Below are positions 1 through 12,500 of a stretch of DNA of 64,000 nucleotides, in pieces. The stretch covers positions 1,396,242 to 1,460,241 of the forward strand of contig NW_003526940.1 in assembly GCF_000181795.1 (NCBI RefSeq). Direction: 5' to 3'. The notes below the pieces were generated by a model. It was not told the DNA's origin and did no database searches. It saw nothing but the letters and a program-made list of their open reading frames with translations. Position 1 is the first letter of the stretch; each line of letters starts with the position of its first letter. This DNA comes from Trichinella spiralis (lineage: Eukaryota). The position numbers were made by a program, and so were the translations under genes.

Positions 1-3000
1 GTAACAGGAGACGAACTATGGCGGGTATCATTTCAGACAGCTGCTTTGCAACGAATATACTACAACAACAAAGTTGACATTGTACATTCATATATAATAT
101 TGCATAAAACATTTTTTTACACTGATTCAGCGCAAACAACGCGTTTTGCAAGCCCGAACATATTTTCTGAGCTTGAAAGCTCATCTGAAATAACGGAATT
201 GTTCGCTGAAACTGAAAACCGTACAGTTTAATAATACTTTTCAAAACTGAATTCCACTCATCATTAGAGCTCACTTGGAAATCGTTCTGCTTCTTTGTCA
301 AGCGCAGATTCCACTTGTGAAACAAGGCAGTGAGAAATACGAGATAACATTCGTTTATTATGCAGCAATGGATGCAGAAAGATTTTACACACCTCCAACA
401 ATCATTTGACGATTGTAAAAAAATAAACAAATAAATAAAACTGCTTACTGTTATTAAATAATAATTGAATAATTCAACCAACGCCGATATTACAGTAAAA
501 GACAGACTCGAATTCACGCAACAAATTTGTAAGTAACGACCTGAAATTCAATTCATTAGTTTTTTAAACATTACAAGTATCTGTTCATAAGAAGCTAAGT
601 GTAATAAAAAATTATCGTTTTTGTTTACAAAAACACTTTAAAATTGTCATAATTAAAGTTAACATTGCAAAAACCTACCAATATAACGCAATAACATCAA
701 TGCACTGTTGGACAAAATTGGATCCATGTCGTCAACTGATGGACAGATTAGAACTTCTGAATGACTGAAAATGCAATTATTATTAATGTAACATCAACAT
801 TGTACACTAAGCTTGCTCTACTCTGTTGAAAAAGTGTGTTCAGCAACTGCATTTGCACAATTCGCTTCATCTGTATGCAATGAAGTATGCATACCGACAT
901 CAGTTTTCTGAAACAACAACTTTTTTTTTAAAAATAAATTAAAATCCAACGCACTGACATAGTAAAAACCATTAACTGCATAAATTTTAATAAAAAAAAC
1001 AATTTGAATGTACCGTAACATTTGAATCATCATTCAAGTGTTCAAAAGGATTAACAGTGTGCGGTTCCATTCGAGCAGTTGGCTTTCTTTTGTCACAGTC
1101 CTCTTCAGCAACAGAACAACTACTTTCGTAAACTTTAGAAAAAGCAGAAAATTCCTTAAAAATACAAATAACATACTTAACAGAAATTAGATATAAAAAG
1201 GAAATGCTAATAATATTATCAACAAAATTATTATTACCGGTAAACTTGACCATTTAAATAAGTGTTCAACAGGAACCGCTTCCCAAGCATCAGTTTGAAC
1301 GTACAGACCGAGCTGTTCAATACAGTACGGATGCAAGGCGGCGAAGTAGGCTATGCTTTTCTCATTTACCACTTCGGTCAGATCAACAGCAGCATTTTTC
1401 ACATATTTTCCGGCAAAATCCGAAAATCTACAAAAAAATGTTAAAACAACAACATTTTCTTAAATTCAATTAAGAAGGAAAAATATACCCACCTATGCGT
1501 GAGTTGTAAAACTTGCACAAAATCTTTGAAATCTAAGTTACGAAAATTCGAATGCTGAATAACTGTAGCCACTTTAAAGGTGGCTTTCATCCAGAGTTGT
1601 TCAATTTCTTTGTTTAAAAAATTCTCCTCACCATTATCATTGTTCAACAATTCTGAATAATTATAATAATTATTATTAATTATAATTTCAATTCTGTAAT
1701 TAATATGAATCAATTCAAAACAAGAAAGAAAGTTAAACAAATGTTTCATTTGCTTGTGCTATTGAAAACACACGTCAGAATAAAACATTCGATAATAAAG
1801 GCAAAGTTATGGATACCTTGAACGGTAGAATGTTCTTCATGCCACCAAACGACATTATGATAGCAATATATAATTTGCCACAAAAGTCGAAGGAGTTCTT
1901 TGATACAAGTAGAATATTCGTGCAATCGAACTGTCTGAAACGAACAACACTAAATAAAATAACAATGAAATTTAATTTGATTAAAATTTCACTTTTGCAA
2001 GTTGTCGTAAATCATCATTTTCGTCCGACTCTTTCGACAGAACTGCTTGAAAACGTTGCAGAACTTCTACCGACGTATTATCAATTGCATAATGAAAATC
2101 AGTAATTAAATGTTGCAAAAATGACTATAATAAAACCAAAAAATTTTCATTTAAACTTAAAATTATTAATTTAAAAGAAAAAAAGATTCATACTTGATTT
2201 ACTTATTATTCAAATGTTTCACTTACTCTTGTATTTCCAAGCAATTCACAAACGGCAATAATTTGTCCATAAACTTGCATGTCAACAGCGAAAGCAGCTT
2301 TAATGCCAGCATTGATTAATTTCGCTTCGATAATTGTTGTTGTTTCTTGAAAATTTTTGCACATATCTTCAACAGCTTTACAACCGACATACATTTTGGC
2401 TGCTTTCAACGCATCTTGACAAAGTTGAATTGCTAGGTAGAAATTTCCTTCCTAACAAATAAAAAAAACTGAGTTGAATTAATTAATTAATTAAAATAAA
2501 CAAATTGTATGTAAATTATTACATCAGCAACTTCTAGTACCCGCTTTTCGGTTCTAAGCAAACTGTACATTAAGTCAACAAAAACCAAAACATTTAGCAA
2601 GTGTTGTCGTTTTCGATACAAATTCAAAACATTTAAACAATAGATCGTACTTTCTTGATTCGCTTCTCCGATGCTTAAAAGAATAATAAAATTTACATAA
2701 TAATATTTATTTAAACCTGCGTACCATTTCCGAGCTGTCTGACAAACTGAATGCAACTGCTCAACGGAAGCTTTCAATTCTCCAACTTTGACCAATTCAG
2801 CACTGTACGATGGATGATAACTGAGAATCAGTTCTGAAATCTTTTTGCTAACCTAACAAACCAACTTTAATCACAAATAAAAACAATACACATACTGTAG
2901 CTTTTTCATACGAGTAAATTGAGGAAAAAAAATTAACTTGTCATTTGAAATATCGCTGCTTTTTTCAAATTACTCGTTTTCAATTCACTTAACTGCTCAC

Positions 3001-3735
3001 ATGATTTTACAAAAAATGAATGAGGTTAAAAGAATTTTAATTTACTGAAAAAAAGTTCGCTTAGGTATGGATAAATGATAACTTACAACGGACAACTGTT
3101 CACGGATTTTGCGTCTATCAGCATTAATCTCGTTGATATCAAGAACAGGTGGCAACTTCTAATAAATATTGCTTACATTTAAATAATATTGTTGTAAGTT
3201 TGATAATAGATCACCTTCAATTCATGATCAATAACATCCACTGATGGCAAATAATAAAATTCAGCAATTGAACTGAGAATCTGTTCATCTTGCACAGAAC
3301 TGATGTATTCTACTTTTGGTTCTTTGTTCTAAACATAAAAATCATTAAAACTACATAAATGATTAATACAACTCATTACTGATAAATCCTCAGATTTATT
3401 CAACTGCAATTCTTTACTACTGCCACCATCACTGGCCTGAAAAATATCACAACATATTCACTTTTGCATTTGATTTAACATTAAACATGAAGCTTTTATT
3501 CAAATTAAATTGCAATAAGTTACTATCACAAACAAAAACTGCCAAAATTTTGCCACTATTATATAAAGTTTATCAAAAATACAGATGGATTACAAAATCA
3601 GAAATGTAATTAGAAATTAGAAGTGATTTATTAATCCACAATTCATATTTCAAAATAACATACTGTAATATGTTTGCTTGAACCAATAATACTTGTGACT
3701 CTATTTTTAAAATCCTTGACTCCATGAATAGGCAT
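1..3735 (-). CDS. VPS50: Syndetin / VPS50 (CCDC132), EARP complex subunit; multi-exon, 3' part runs off the window start
   Basis: The spliced minus-strand frame reads MPIHGVKDFKNRVTSIIG...DEQILSSIAEFYYLPSVDVIDHELK|KLPPVLDINEINADRRKIREQLSV...HPSYSAELVKVGELKASVEQLHSVCQTARK...GNFYLAIQLCQDALKAAKMYVGCKAVEDMCKNFQETTTIIEAKL. This follows the VPS50 N-terminus as I recall it (YELEKLPPVL; YPGAIQLCLEC...LQDTLEQIEEQL). Introns are GT-AG. The ATG at 3733-3735 is inferred. Confidence 0.85.
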
Positions 3736-4874
3736 TAATTACTAAGCATCTACTGTTGAAACAAGAAAAAAAAATCAAAACTCTTGTATTCATACGGTAA
3801 CTGAGTTTTACCGTACCTGAAAATTTAAAGTATATTAAGATGAAGATAGTAAAATTAAAAAAAATAAATTTAATACGTTGCAGTTAACGCTTAACTGTAT
3901 TTGAAAATTAATTTTTGTGTAACCGCTTTTTTAAATTCAGCAAAGGAATTGTATTTGCAATATGAACTTTCATATTTTTACAATGTTGTTCTCTTTTCTG
4001 CACAGCTTTATGCTTTTAAGTTTTACTTATTCAATTGATGCAAATCTGCTATTACAATGCGCTTCTTCGCGAGCAGCTAGATTCACATTCAGATTTATTG
4101 GCACAGATTCAGCTTCTTTTTGGTTTTGACTGCATAATTTTAAACCAAGACATTACAAACAAATTAAATATTCTATGCAGAAAAACGAAATTAAAATATC
4201 CAGCAAACAACTAGATAAATACAATGTAATCTTCCTCAAACGAAAATCAACGGTTTACATTAAGGCCAAATAATGCTATCACTTTCCTTTAATATATATA
4301 CCCTACGGTAAGAAGTCATCAAGTACTAATTCATTCTTTAATGGCCAAGAAAATTTTGTCAGAGTTAGAAGTGATTTTTTAGTGTATTTGTAGTCCTTTT
4401 GTATAAAAAGTTAATAATGCACTGCTGATATTGTAAGATTTTTGATAAACTGAGTTTTTGACTTTTCTGCAAATCAACTGACTGACTGACTCCAGTTGAT
4501 GCATTCTTATGCATATTTTTGAGGAAAATTTAAAAATTTTACTTTACAAAAATTTTAATCAATTAAATTGGAATATTTCATATTTTGAATTTTTCTTTTG
4601 ACATATTCTACAGTAATAATAAAATGGATCTTGCATTTTTTTATATACTGTTCTTCCTGGAAGGAAAACTTTAGGGTTTGAAATTTTTCATGTAGATTTG
4701 TTTCATTTTTGACAGTTTTCCAAAATTTTGATTTTAATAAACCAATTAATGGCATATTTAAAAGCATTTTATTCTTGTCTCTTATTAATATCACGCTGAA
4801 TGTATTTTTGTTGTTGTGTTGTTTAGAAACAAAATTTTATTTATACAGTTTTTATTTTAACACAGCTATATACT

Positions 4875-5996
4875 ATGGTAGACGTTAAACCCGATCAGAA
4901 TGTTCCGGTTTTATCGTTTAATTTGGTTATGGATATTTTGTCGAAAGTAGAGAAATTTTGTCGCCAGGAAGAATCATGTAAGAATGCACAGCGAGAGTTG
5001 GACACAATGGTGGAACAAAATTTATTCTTTCTGCGAGCCAGCAACGATTCTGAAGCAGAGAGTTTGAAAGTAATGGATGAACATGTATTCGTTACTGCAG
5101 TGTTAAAGTATTTCTTTCAATTTGACGCTGACGCGGATTCCACACTGTGTTGTACAATGTTTGACAGAATCTTTTTGCCCCAAGAACGACTTGAATTTCG
5201 GCAAGCAGTGCTCAAGCAAGTATTGCCACTGCTCATGTTGACGGCTGTTGATTTGGACTGTGTTCCAATTCTTCAATCTTTCGTACCTTGGATGGTTCGG
5301 GGATGCGGGGGTCAGTCTTCGTCATGGTTGAAGGGTTGCATACAGAAAGTATGGAGTACGTATTTGTGTACGGATGAAATGGATGAATACGTCGCCAGAC
5401 TGGCCAAAGTGAACACATCATGTCCCACATTTGCTCATACACTGTTGCCGCTTATGATCAGTGAACAGGAATATTTTGAAATGCTTCCATTGTCTGCTTT
5501 ACAACTGGCTGCTGACTGGTTGAACGAGGATCCTGAAAGTGTTGCAAAAACAGTTCGACTTTGTCTACCGCCAAATGACCAATCATCGCAGAAGCTGACG
5601 TTGAATTATGTAGATAAACTTTCTTGGCTGTGTATTGTGCATGATTTGAATGATGACGAACAATTTCGACCTGTGCTGTCGAAACTGCGGTTGGGTATTT
5701 TAAAATTGATGATGCGAATCAACGAGGATATAGATGAAAATTCGCCGAGAAGGAAGCTGCTAGCTTCTACGTATGCCAATCGGACGTTGGTCAAAATTTC
5801 GGAATACAGAAATTCCGTCGATGCGTTCGATCAAAAAGTTACCAGAGCTGTTGATCACTTTTCACAAATTCTTCAAGTGGGAATTTTGAACGGATGCTTT
5901 ATTGGTCAGCTGCAAGATTTCAACACTACAGTTTTTCAAACATTCGCTTATGGACATCCACTGCTAGATGATGTTTTGCAGAAATTGCGATCATGA
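4875..5996 (+). CDS. INTS15: Integrator complex subunit 15 (C7orf26 / DUF4507)-like protein, single exon, 373 aa
   Basis: Uninterrupted 373-aa ORF with colinear similarity to recalled human C7orf26 segments: TMFDRIFLPQ~IIFSSLFSPQ; TAVDLDCVPILQSFVPWM~MAVAVCRIPVLECAASWL; SCPTF~ASPRF; LPLSALQLAADWLNEDP~IPPMDLLEMIVTWIFEDP; LSKLRLGILKLM~YSKLHLSVLQVL; DHFSQILQVGILNG~DRLAQALQVAMASG. Confidence 0.75.
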   Translation: MVDVKPDQNVPVLSFNLVMDILSKVEKFCRQEESCKNAQRELDTMVEQNLFFLRASNDSEAESLKVMDEHVFVTAVLKYFFQFDADADSTLCCTMFDRIFLPQERLEFRQAVLKQVLPLLMLTAVDLDCVPILQSFVPWMVRGCGGQSSSWLKGCIQKVWSTYLCTDEMDEYVARLAKVNTSCPTFAHTLLPLMISEQEYFEMLPLSALQLAADWLNEDPESVAKTVRLCLPPNDQSSQKLTLNYVDKLSWLCIVHDLNDDEQFRPVLSKLRLGILKLMMRINEDIDENSPRRKLLASTYANRTLVKISEYRNSVDAFDQKVTRAVDHFSQILQVGILNGCFIGQLQDFNTTVFQTFAYGHPLLDDVLQKLRS

Positions 5997-6530
5997 ATTC
6001 AGTTGCTTATTATTCAAATTGAAATGCTTCTATGTTTTGCAACAATACAAATTTCAATATTGAACATCTTCAAACGGCAAAAGTCACATCGATGAACGAA
6101 CGAGAAATCATACATATTTTTTATTATTAAAATTCACAGTTCAAAACAAACATTTTAATAATTCAAGTGTTTTTAACTGAAATGATATCAAATGAATGCA
6201 TTCCTTCCAGAAATGCATTAGTACATATACATAATATATAATTAATATATAATATATAAACCAGTTCAATAATGTTCTTGTAGACAACATATATATGTAA
6301 ATCTCGTAACAAATAAAGTTAAAAGCATTCAAATGAGAGAAGACGAAGAAAAAAAAGGAACAAAAGACATATTTAATCTAATTCATCCATCACCACCAAT
6401 ATGCATATTATGTATATGGTGCTGTTGTGTGAGATTTGAATGGTGAAAATGTATTGGAACAAAAGCGGAATGCCAATCTAAAATGATAAATAGACCAACA
6501 ACAAAAAACAGTTGCAAAACTGCTCGATCA

Positions 6531-9500
6531 TCATCTTCGCCGGCTTGATCTGTGAATAACTTTCTCTTGGTATACATCACGAGGCGAAACTGACCGTGAC
6601 GTAGCCTGCGACAGACGAACCATTTTCATCGTCTTCGGCTCATTTCCAGCGTGAAATGATGACATCCTAGAAACGGGTGCCGACGACATATAGCCTGCAA
6701 ATAATAAAGTTAGAAAAATAATAGAAGGAAATAAAAAGAGAAAACTCACGGTAATCTTTGTTACGCCAGTCGACGGGTTCGGCAAAGCGTTCCTTCCTTG
6801 CCTGAAAAAAGAAAATTTATTTTTCACAAAAGCAACCACCAATAATTGATCACAAAAATATCCGTATTAAAAAAAACAAACACAAAACGAACCTCTTTTT
6901 TTGAATCAATCATGGCGCTGTCAAATTCAACATACGTGTCTGTTCGTTCTTTTTCCTTGTACCGCTGGGGATTCTTTTTACGACGAGAAGAAGAAGAAGA
7001 AGGCGATGAGCGTTTCAAATCTGGCGATCTTTTCAATGTCGACTGCTAATTAGAAAAGAAAAAATCCCAATGAATACTGTACCCCTCAAAAGAAATAACT
7101 CCTAGCAGACCTCGGTAATTTTTTTCTCCAACTTCAGTCGTTTGTTGTCTAAACAGAAAGTCGTGAAGCACAAGGTGGGGGATATAAAAAACAAACAAAA
7201 CATCCGGCATACCCGACTCGTTGACGGAACCGCCCTTTCGCCTGGATTTGTGCGCTGCGCTACCGTGTTCAGGCTCTTTGTTTCCGTTGCGACGGTCATC
7301 TTGGTGGTAGGAGGACTTTGCCACTGCGGTCGATGACGACGAACTCGCCGTCACTTTTCTGCCACTGCTTTCCAACGTCAACGGCGGGATGTTGCTGTTT
7401 TTCGAATGACCAGCGGTGGCCGCGGACGACGAGTGACGGTCGGTTTTGCTTTTCGTGTCCTCGAACGTTGAAGCGGCATTATTCTGCTGCCGCTGTTGCT
7501 CTCCTGAACGTGGCAATAAAAATAATCAATTATTACAATTTATTATAGTACAAATATGTGTGTGTTTTTTTGCATACCGTCAATTTTCGTAGCCGAACTG
7601 TCGACCGAGGTGATGTTGTCGTTGCGGTTGGATTTCTCTGCCGGCGTTATGCAATTCGAACCGAGGTTCGATGAATCATTCAACAATGACGAGGCGCTCG
7701 TTTCAGCGGCAGTTGACGAAGCGCCGCTGCTCACATCCGGTGCACGCAATGAGGTTTTTCTCGTCGACCCCTGACGGCCACCACTAGTGGTGGTGGTGGT
7801 AGTGGTGGTGGTGGTGGTGGTTCGCGTTGTCGCCGAAGTGCCAACGGAGGTGGAACAGCTGCTGCTCTGCTGTTGCTCAACAACGGCATCTTTATGTTTC
7901 AACCGATTCGTCGTTGCTTGCTGCTGCTGTTGCGGTTGATGATGATGAGGATGTACACCCCGGACCGTGGTCGATTCTTTGGTCGAGGCGCCGGACGCAC
8001 CGACAGCCGCTTTGGCAACATTCGAGGAACGATGCTTAGGCAACGGAGCTGGCTCAACTGGACCGCCGCTCTCGGCGACTTCAAGACGTGGCACCTTGGC
8101 GGGACCTGGCTGCAACGATTGTTGTTGCATCGTTTCCGGCGGTAGTTCCGTATCCGCAGAGGAATTTTTCAACGTCGACATGCCAGCATCCTCGGAAACT
8201 TTATCCGTATCCGTCTTCGTTGCGACCGACTTTACCGATGATCTTGAAAAAAAAATTTTTTTTTAATTTCCCCTCATTTCTTCCATTAATCCAATTTTAC
8301 AACCACTGAACCAAAATTGCATGCAATCTCTTCGACTTGCTTTGAAAATAAACTTCAAATGATAATTATTGTGCTAATTAAAATTAAAAATGCGCTCATA
8401 ATCAACACTTTCCAACAACACTTACGAATTTGAACTCTTCGATACTGCAGAAGTAGTATCTTGCCCAGAATTCTTAATGCTACTACTCTTCGAGCTAACG
8501 GGTTTTTTCGCTTCATTCGGAAGCGGAGTGGCAGAATTATTATCTTCCACTTTTACTTCTGAAACGAAAAATAACATCAAGCACACACACGCGCACAGAA
8601 ATAACCATAAAAAATTGAATTATATACCACGATTTGCAGACGATGAACTGTCGTTCACTTTCAAAAAGAATTCTTCATCATCAATTATTGCACTCACTTC
8701 AAACAATTCCAAACAATCAGTAGCTCGCTAAATGAGAAGAACAAGAAAAAAATCAAATATTATCACATCAACAATAATGAGGCGTATTAAATTAAAAAGA
8801 AAATTTCCCATAATAGCTTGAAAAGTATATACCTCTTTGACATTCACCGCGTGAAAGTCCTCTTCGGCAAACATATGATCTTTTCGCAATTTCAAATGAC
8901 CCCAATAGCTGCATAGCAAACAAATTATTAATTCACTTAAAAAAATTAATTTGGCTTCCATCAAAAAAATTATACCTCGCAGCTAAAACGTGCAAATCTT
9001 GTCTTTTATCCTTTTCTCGATCTCGAACGTCAATCACACGCTTTTCAATTGTCAGCATTAAATTGTGCAAAAGCGGAAAATACGGTAAGATCTATGAAAA
9101 CAAAATGAACAAGAAATATTATGTAAAATTAAAAAAACAACAATTTCTCACTTTCATTAATATTAATAAAATGTTTCGAATCAGGATAAATGAATCTGAT
9201 GTTAAACATATTAAAACAGCCTGAAAAAAAATATACATAAATGTATACACGCATGTAAAAGTGCACTGAAATTTCAAACTCTGGTAATTTTGTAGTGCCA
9301 TTTGTTCAAAACATGTCGAAAACTTTCATAATCAACAAAATCACGGCTATGGTCATTATTCGACCCGGCAACAGCTTTAGTACGTGTGACGAATCCAGGA
9401 TGATTGGCACATTCCTTGAATACAAAAAGCACAACAATAATAATAAAAATAATAATTTTCATCCAACATTGGAGAATGGCTTGCTTGCCTGATTAAATTT

Positions 9501-12500
9501 CTCACGATCCGAATGCCAAGACATCAACAATTCAAGCATCTCACATATGAACCTGCCATAGCAACTTGCTTCATATTCTGACAAACAGGCGACCGCACTT
9601 GAAAGATCCCAAAAAATCTTGAACAACAAAAAAAAACAACATCATGAAACAAATTTCTTTCTTTTTTTCCAATACTATACCCGGTCAAAAAATACCAAAG
9701 TTGGAAAATTCGGTGTTTTGAATAAATGGCACATTTCGATAAATTTGACACAATAAAACGCGTCGGCTTCGTGAAAGACACACCTTGGGAAAAGGCATGC
9801 TTGAACCATCTGCGACACCAGAGCGGTTCTTGGAGATCCTTTAGGATAAAAATTGATCAGAATATTATTATTTAAAAGAAATAAAATATTTTTTCAAAGC
9901 CAACTTGAACTAAACCAGCGAGAACTTTCGGACATTAGTCGAGCCTTAACCAACGAGACGTGCTCCAAGTGAGTCTGCTGCTCTTGGAGCAATTTGCTTT
10001 CCTGTTGCAAAAATCTTTCCTTCTCTTTACGCCGTTTCGACTCCGTCAACTCTCTGCAATTTTCCAATTGTTCTATAGATTTGCGAATACCATCTATTGC
10101 AGTCTGATAGGCTTTGGTCGGCACAAATAAATCGTACAAGCTCAAAGTCCAAAATGTGACAAAAAATTTTGATCTGTATTTAAAAATATGAAACAAAAAA
10201 GAATGATATTAATCTAGTTATATATATATATATATAAATTATTACGTCAACTCTGGTCGCATTTCCGGCTCTGAAAGTTGCTTCATCTTACTTTGAAGAG
10301 GCAAATATATTTCTTCGCATGCAGATATGTAATATTGTATCTAATAATACAAAAAAAAGTCAATTTTTCAAATAAAATTCAAAGTTTCATTCATTCAAGC
10401 TCTCTATATTTTTACTTTTTTCGAATCTTCCAACTGCTGTCCTGCCTTCTCCGCTTTGATCAGCTCTTGGAATTTTTCCTTGAAAAAAACAAGAAAATTC
10501 GTTCCTTTTTTTAAATTTTAATTCGAAATTAAATTCATCTACTTACTCGAATCTTGTAATTGTAAGCAGGTCGAGTGAGGAACATCGCCGATGAACAATC
10601 CAAATTGTACAATTGCATCAGTTCGTCTGCCAATGGCATACGTCTCGTGTACTCTTCAATTTCAACATTAGCCATCAAAAAGTGAGCAAATTGAATAAAC
10701 GTTTCGTGGCACTGAAAGCAAAATACAAAAACAGAATAAACAACAAAATAATGAAAAATAAACCAATAGATCCTACTTGATCAAGCATTTGTCCTGCTAA
10801 TTTTAAATGAACTTTCGCGCCATCTTTAAAAACGATCACTTTGCGCTGCTGAGCTATGAGAATACAAAGAGTAACGGCCAGATCGTCTTGAAGTAATGAA
10901 TCTTTCAGGCGATGAACAGAACGCCTCATGTTGCGCATCTGACTCAAATGGCCAACCTATCAACATATCAAAATCAAACAAACAAGCATATCGAAAATAT
11001 ATTATTAATTAATTAACTAATCATACTTCGGATTTTAAGATATCACCGCCGGCGTAGGTTTCAATCTGATCTTTGGTCAAATTTCGCGCCGTCTCGACGC
11101 CGCTCATATTTTTCACAATTTCGCCAAGTACAAGCAAATCCAAGCTTGTACCACGCTTCAACTGATTAGTGACAAACTGCAACACGCCAGACAATTCAAT
11201 GTTGTACTTCTTGAAAACACTGCCGACAAACGTGGCCAAACTCTGAAGCCACGACGAAATGGTCGCGTGTGAAACTTTCAACTTCTGCTTTTCGGGCCTG
11301 GCCAAGTGTTCGATTATGCAAACTACAAGAGCAATTGAATTTCACTGCGTGTGGTGTACAGCTGAAGAGCACATGTCAAAGCATACAGGCAAGCACGTCG
11401 TAGCTCAGGTTGGTGACAAAACGCAACGATTCAACAACTGGACCGATCAAATTTTCAAACTGCTGAATTTGACTTAACAAATAATCGAAAACAACAACTG
11501 GATAGCTGTGACTCAATTTTCCAATCATACGTCCCGTTTGTTTGGTCGTATCTTTACTCAAACGTCTGCAAAGGAGAAAAAGAGAACAGTTATTTATAAC
11601 AAACAATCACAAATTATCATATGCATTTTTAAATTAAATTTAATTTAATTTACTTCATAACATGACGAGCCCGACCGACCACTTCGCCTTTTCTAGCCAA
11701 CAACAAAGGATGCTGCTTCAAGTGAACAGTCTTCCATTCACTGTAGAAACGATAACGCAGAGTGTAAGGAAACTGACTCAACAGAAGCCACAGATCCTCG
11801 GACAGACTACAATTCCATCTGAGCATCGAAAGTGATGGCAAAAACACTGAACTGCACAAATGATATAAAGTATCGAGATGTTCGGAAAACTGTTCATCTT
11901 GGCCATTTTTCTACAAACAAAAATAAAACAATTAACAAATTCAAACATTTCTGCAAACAACAAACAGCTACATCATTCACAAGACGACAACATAATCGAA
12001 TAAGCTTCGTCAACACTAGAGGACTGTGGGCAATGCTTGGTCCACAATAGTTTACTATTGGGAAAACATCTGTACACATGTCGATTAACGATTCACAGCA
12101 TTTCACATCGACAAACTGCACCACAGGCTCCCTGACTTCAGCACCTCTTGCCAAAGATGCTATCGGATGAAGGCTGAAAAAATAATCAATTGCTCGGCTT
12201 TCAAATTTAAATCATGTTAAAATTAAAATACATTCGTGATATAAAGTTAAAGAAAAACATACATACTATTACTCTACAGTCATTTTTACTTCTCTTACTT
12301 GATAATCATAAAATCATACTGTGTTCCACATTTAAAACGAATGCAAAAAGAAAACTCGCCAATCAAAAAAAAACAAATTTACCTGACAAAAAGGCGATCA
12401 ATCTTATAATCGATCAAATTGCAAAATGCTTCGTTTGCTTCTAAACTCGATGCAGCGTAGTATTCCGGCATGTGATCAAAAACTTGCTTCGCATTGTTCC

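Noticed and set aside
7142..8309. Many overlapping plus-strand ORFs of 60-99 aa
   Set aside because: Antisense shadows of GC-rich, stop-poor THOC2 tail exons; no independent motifs.
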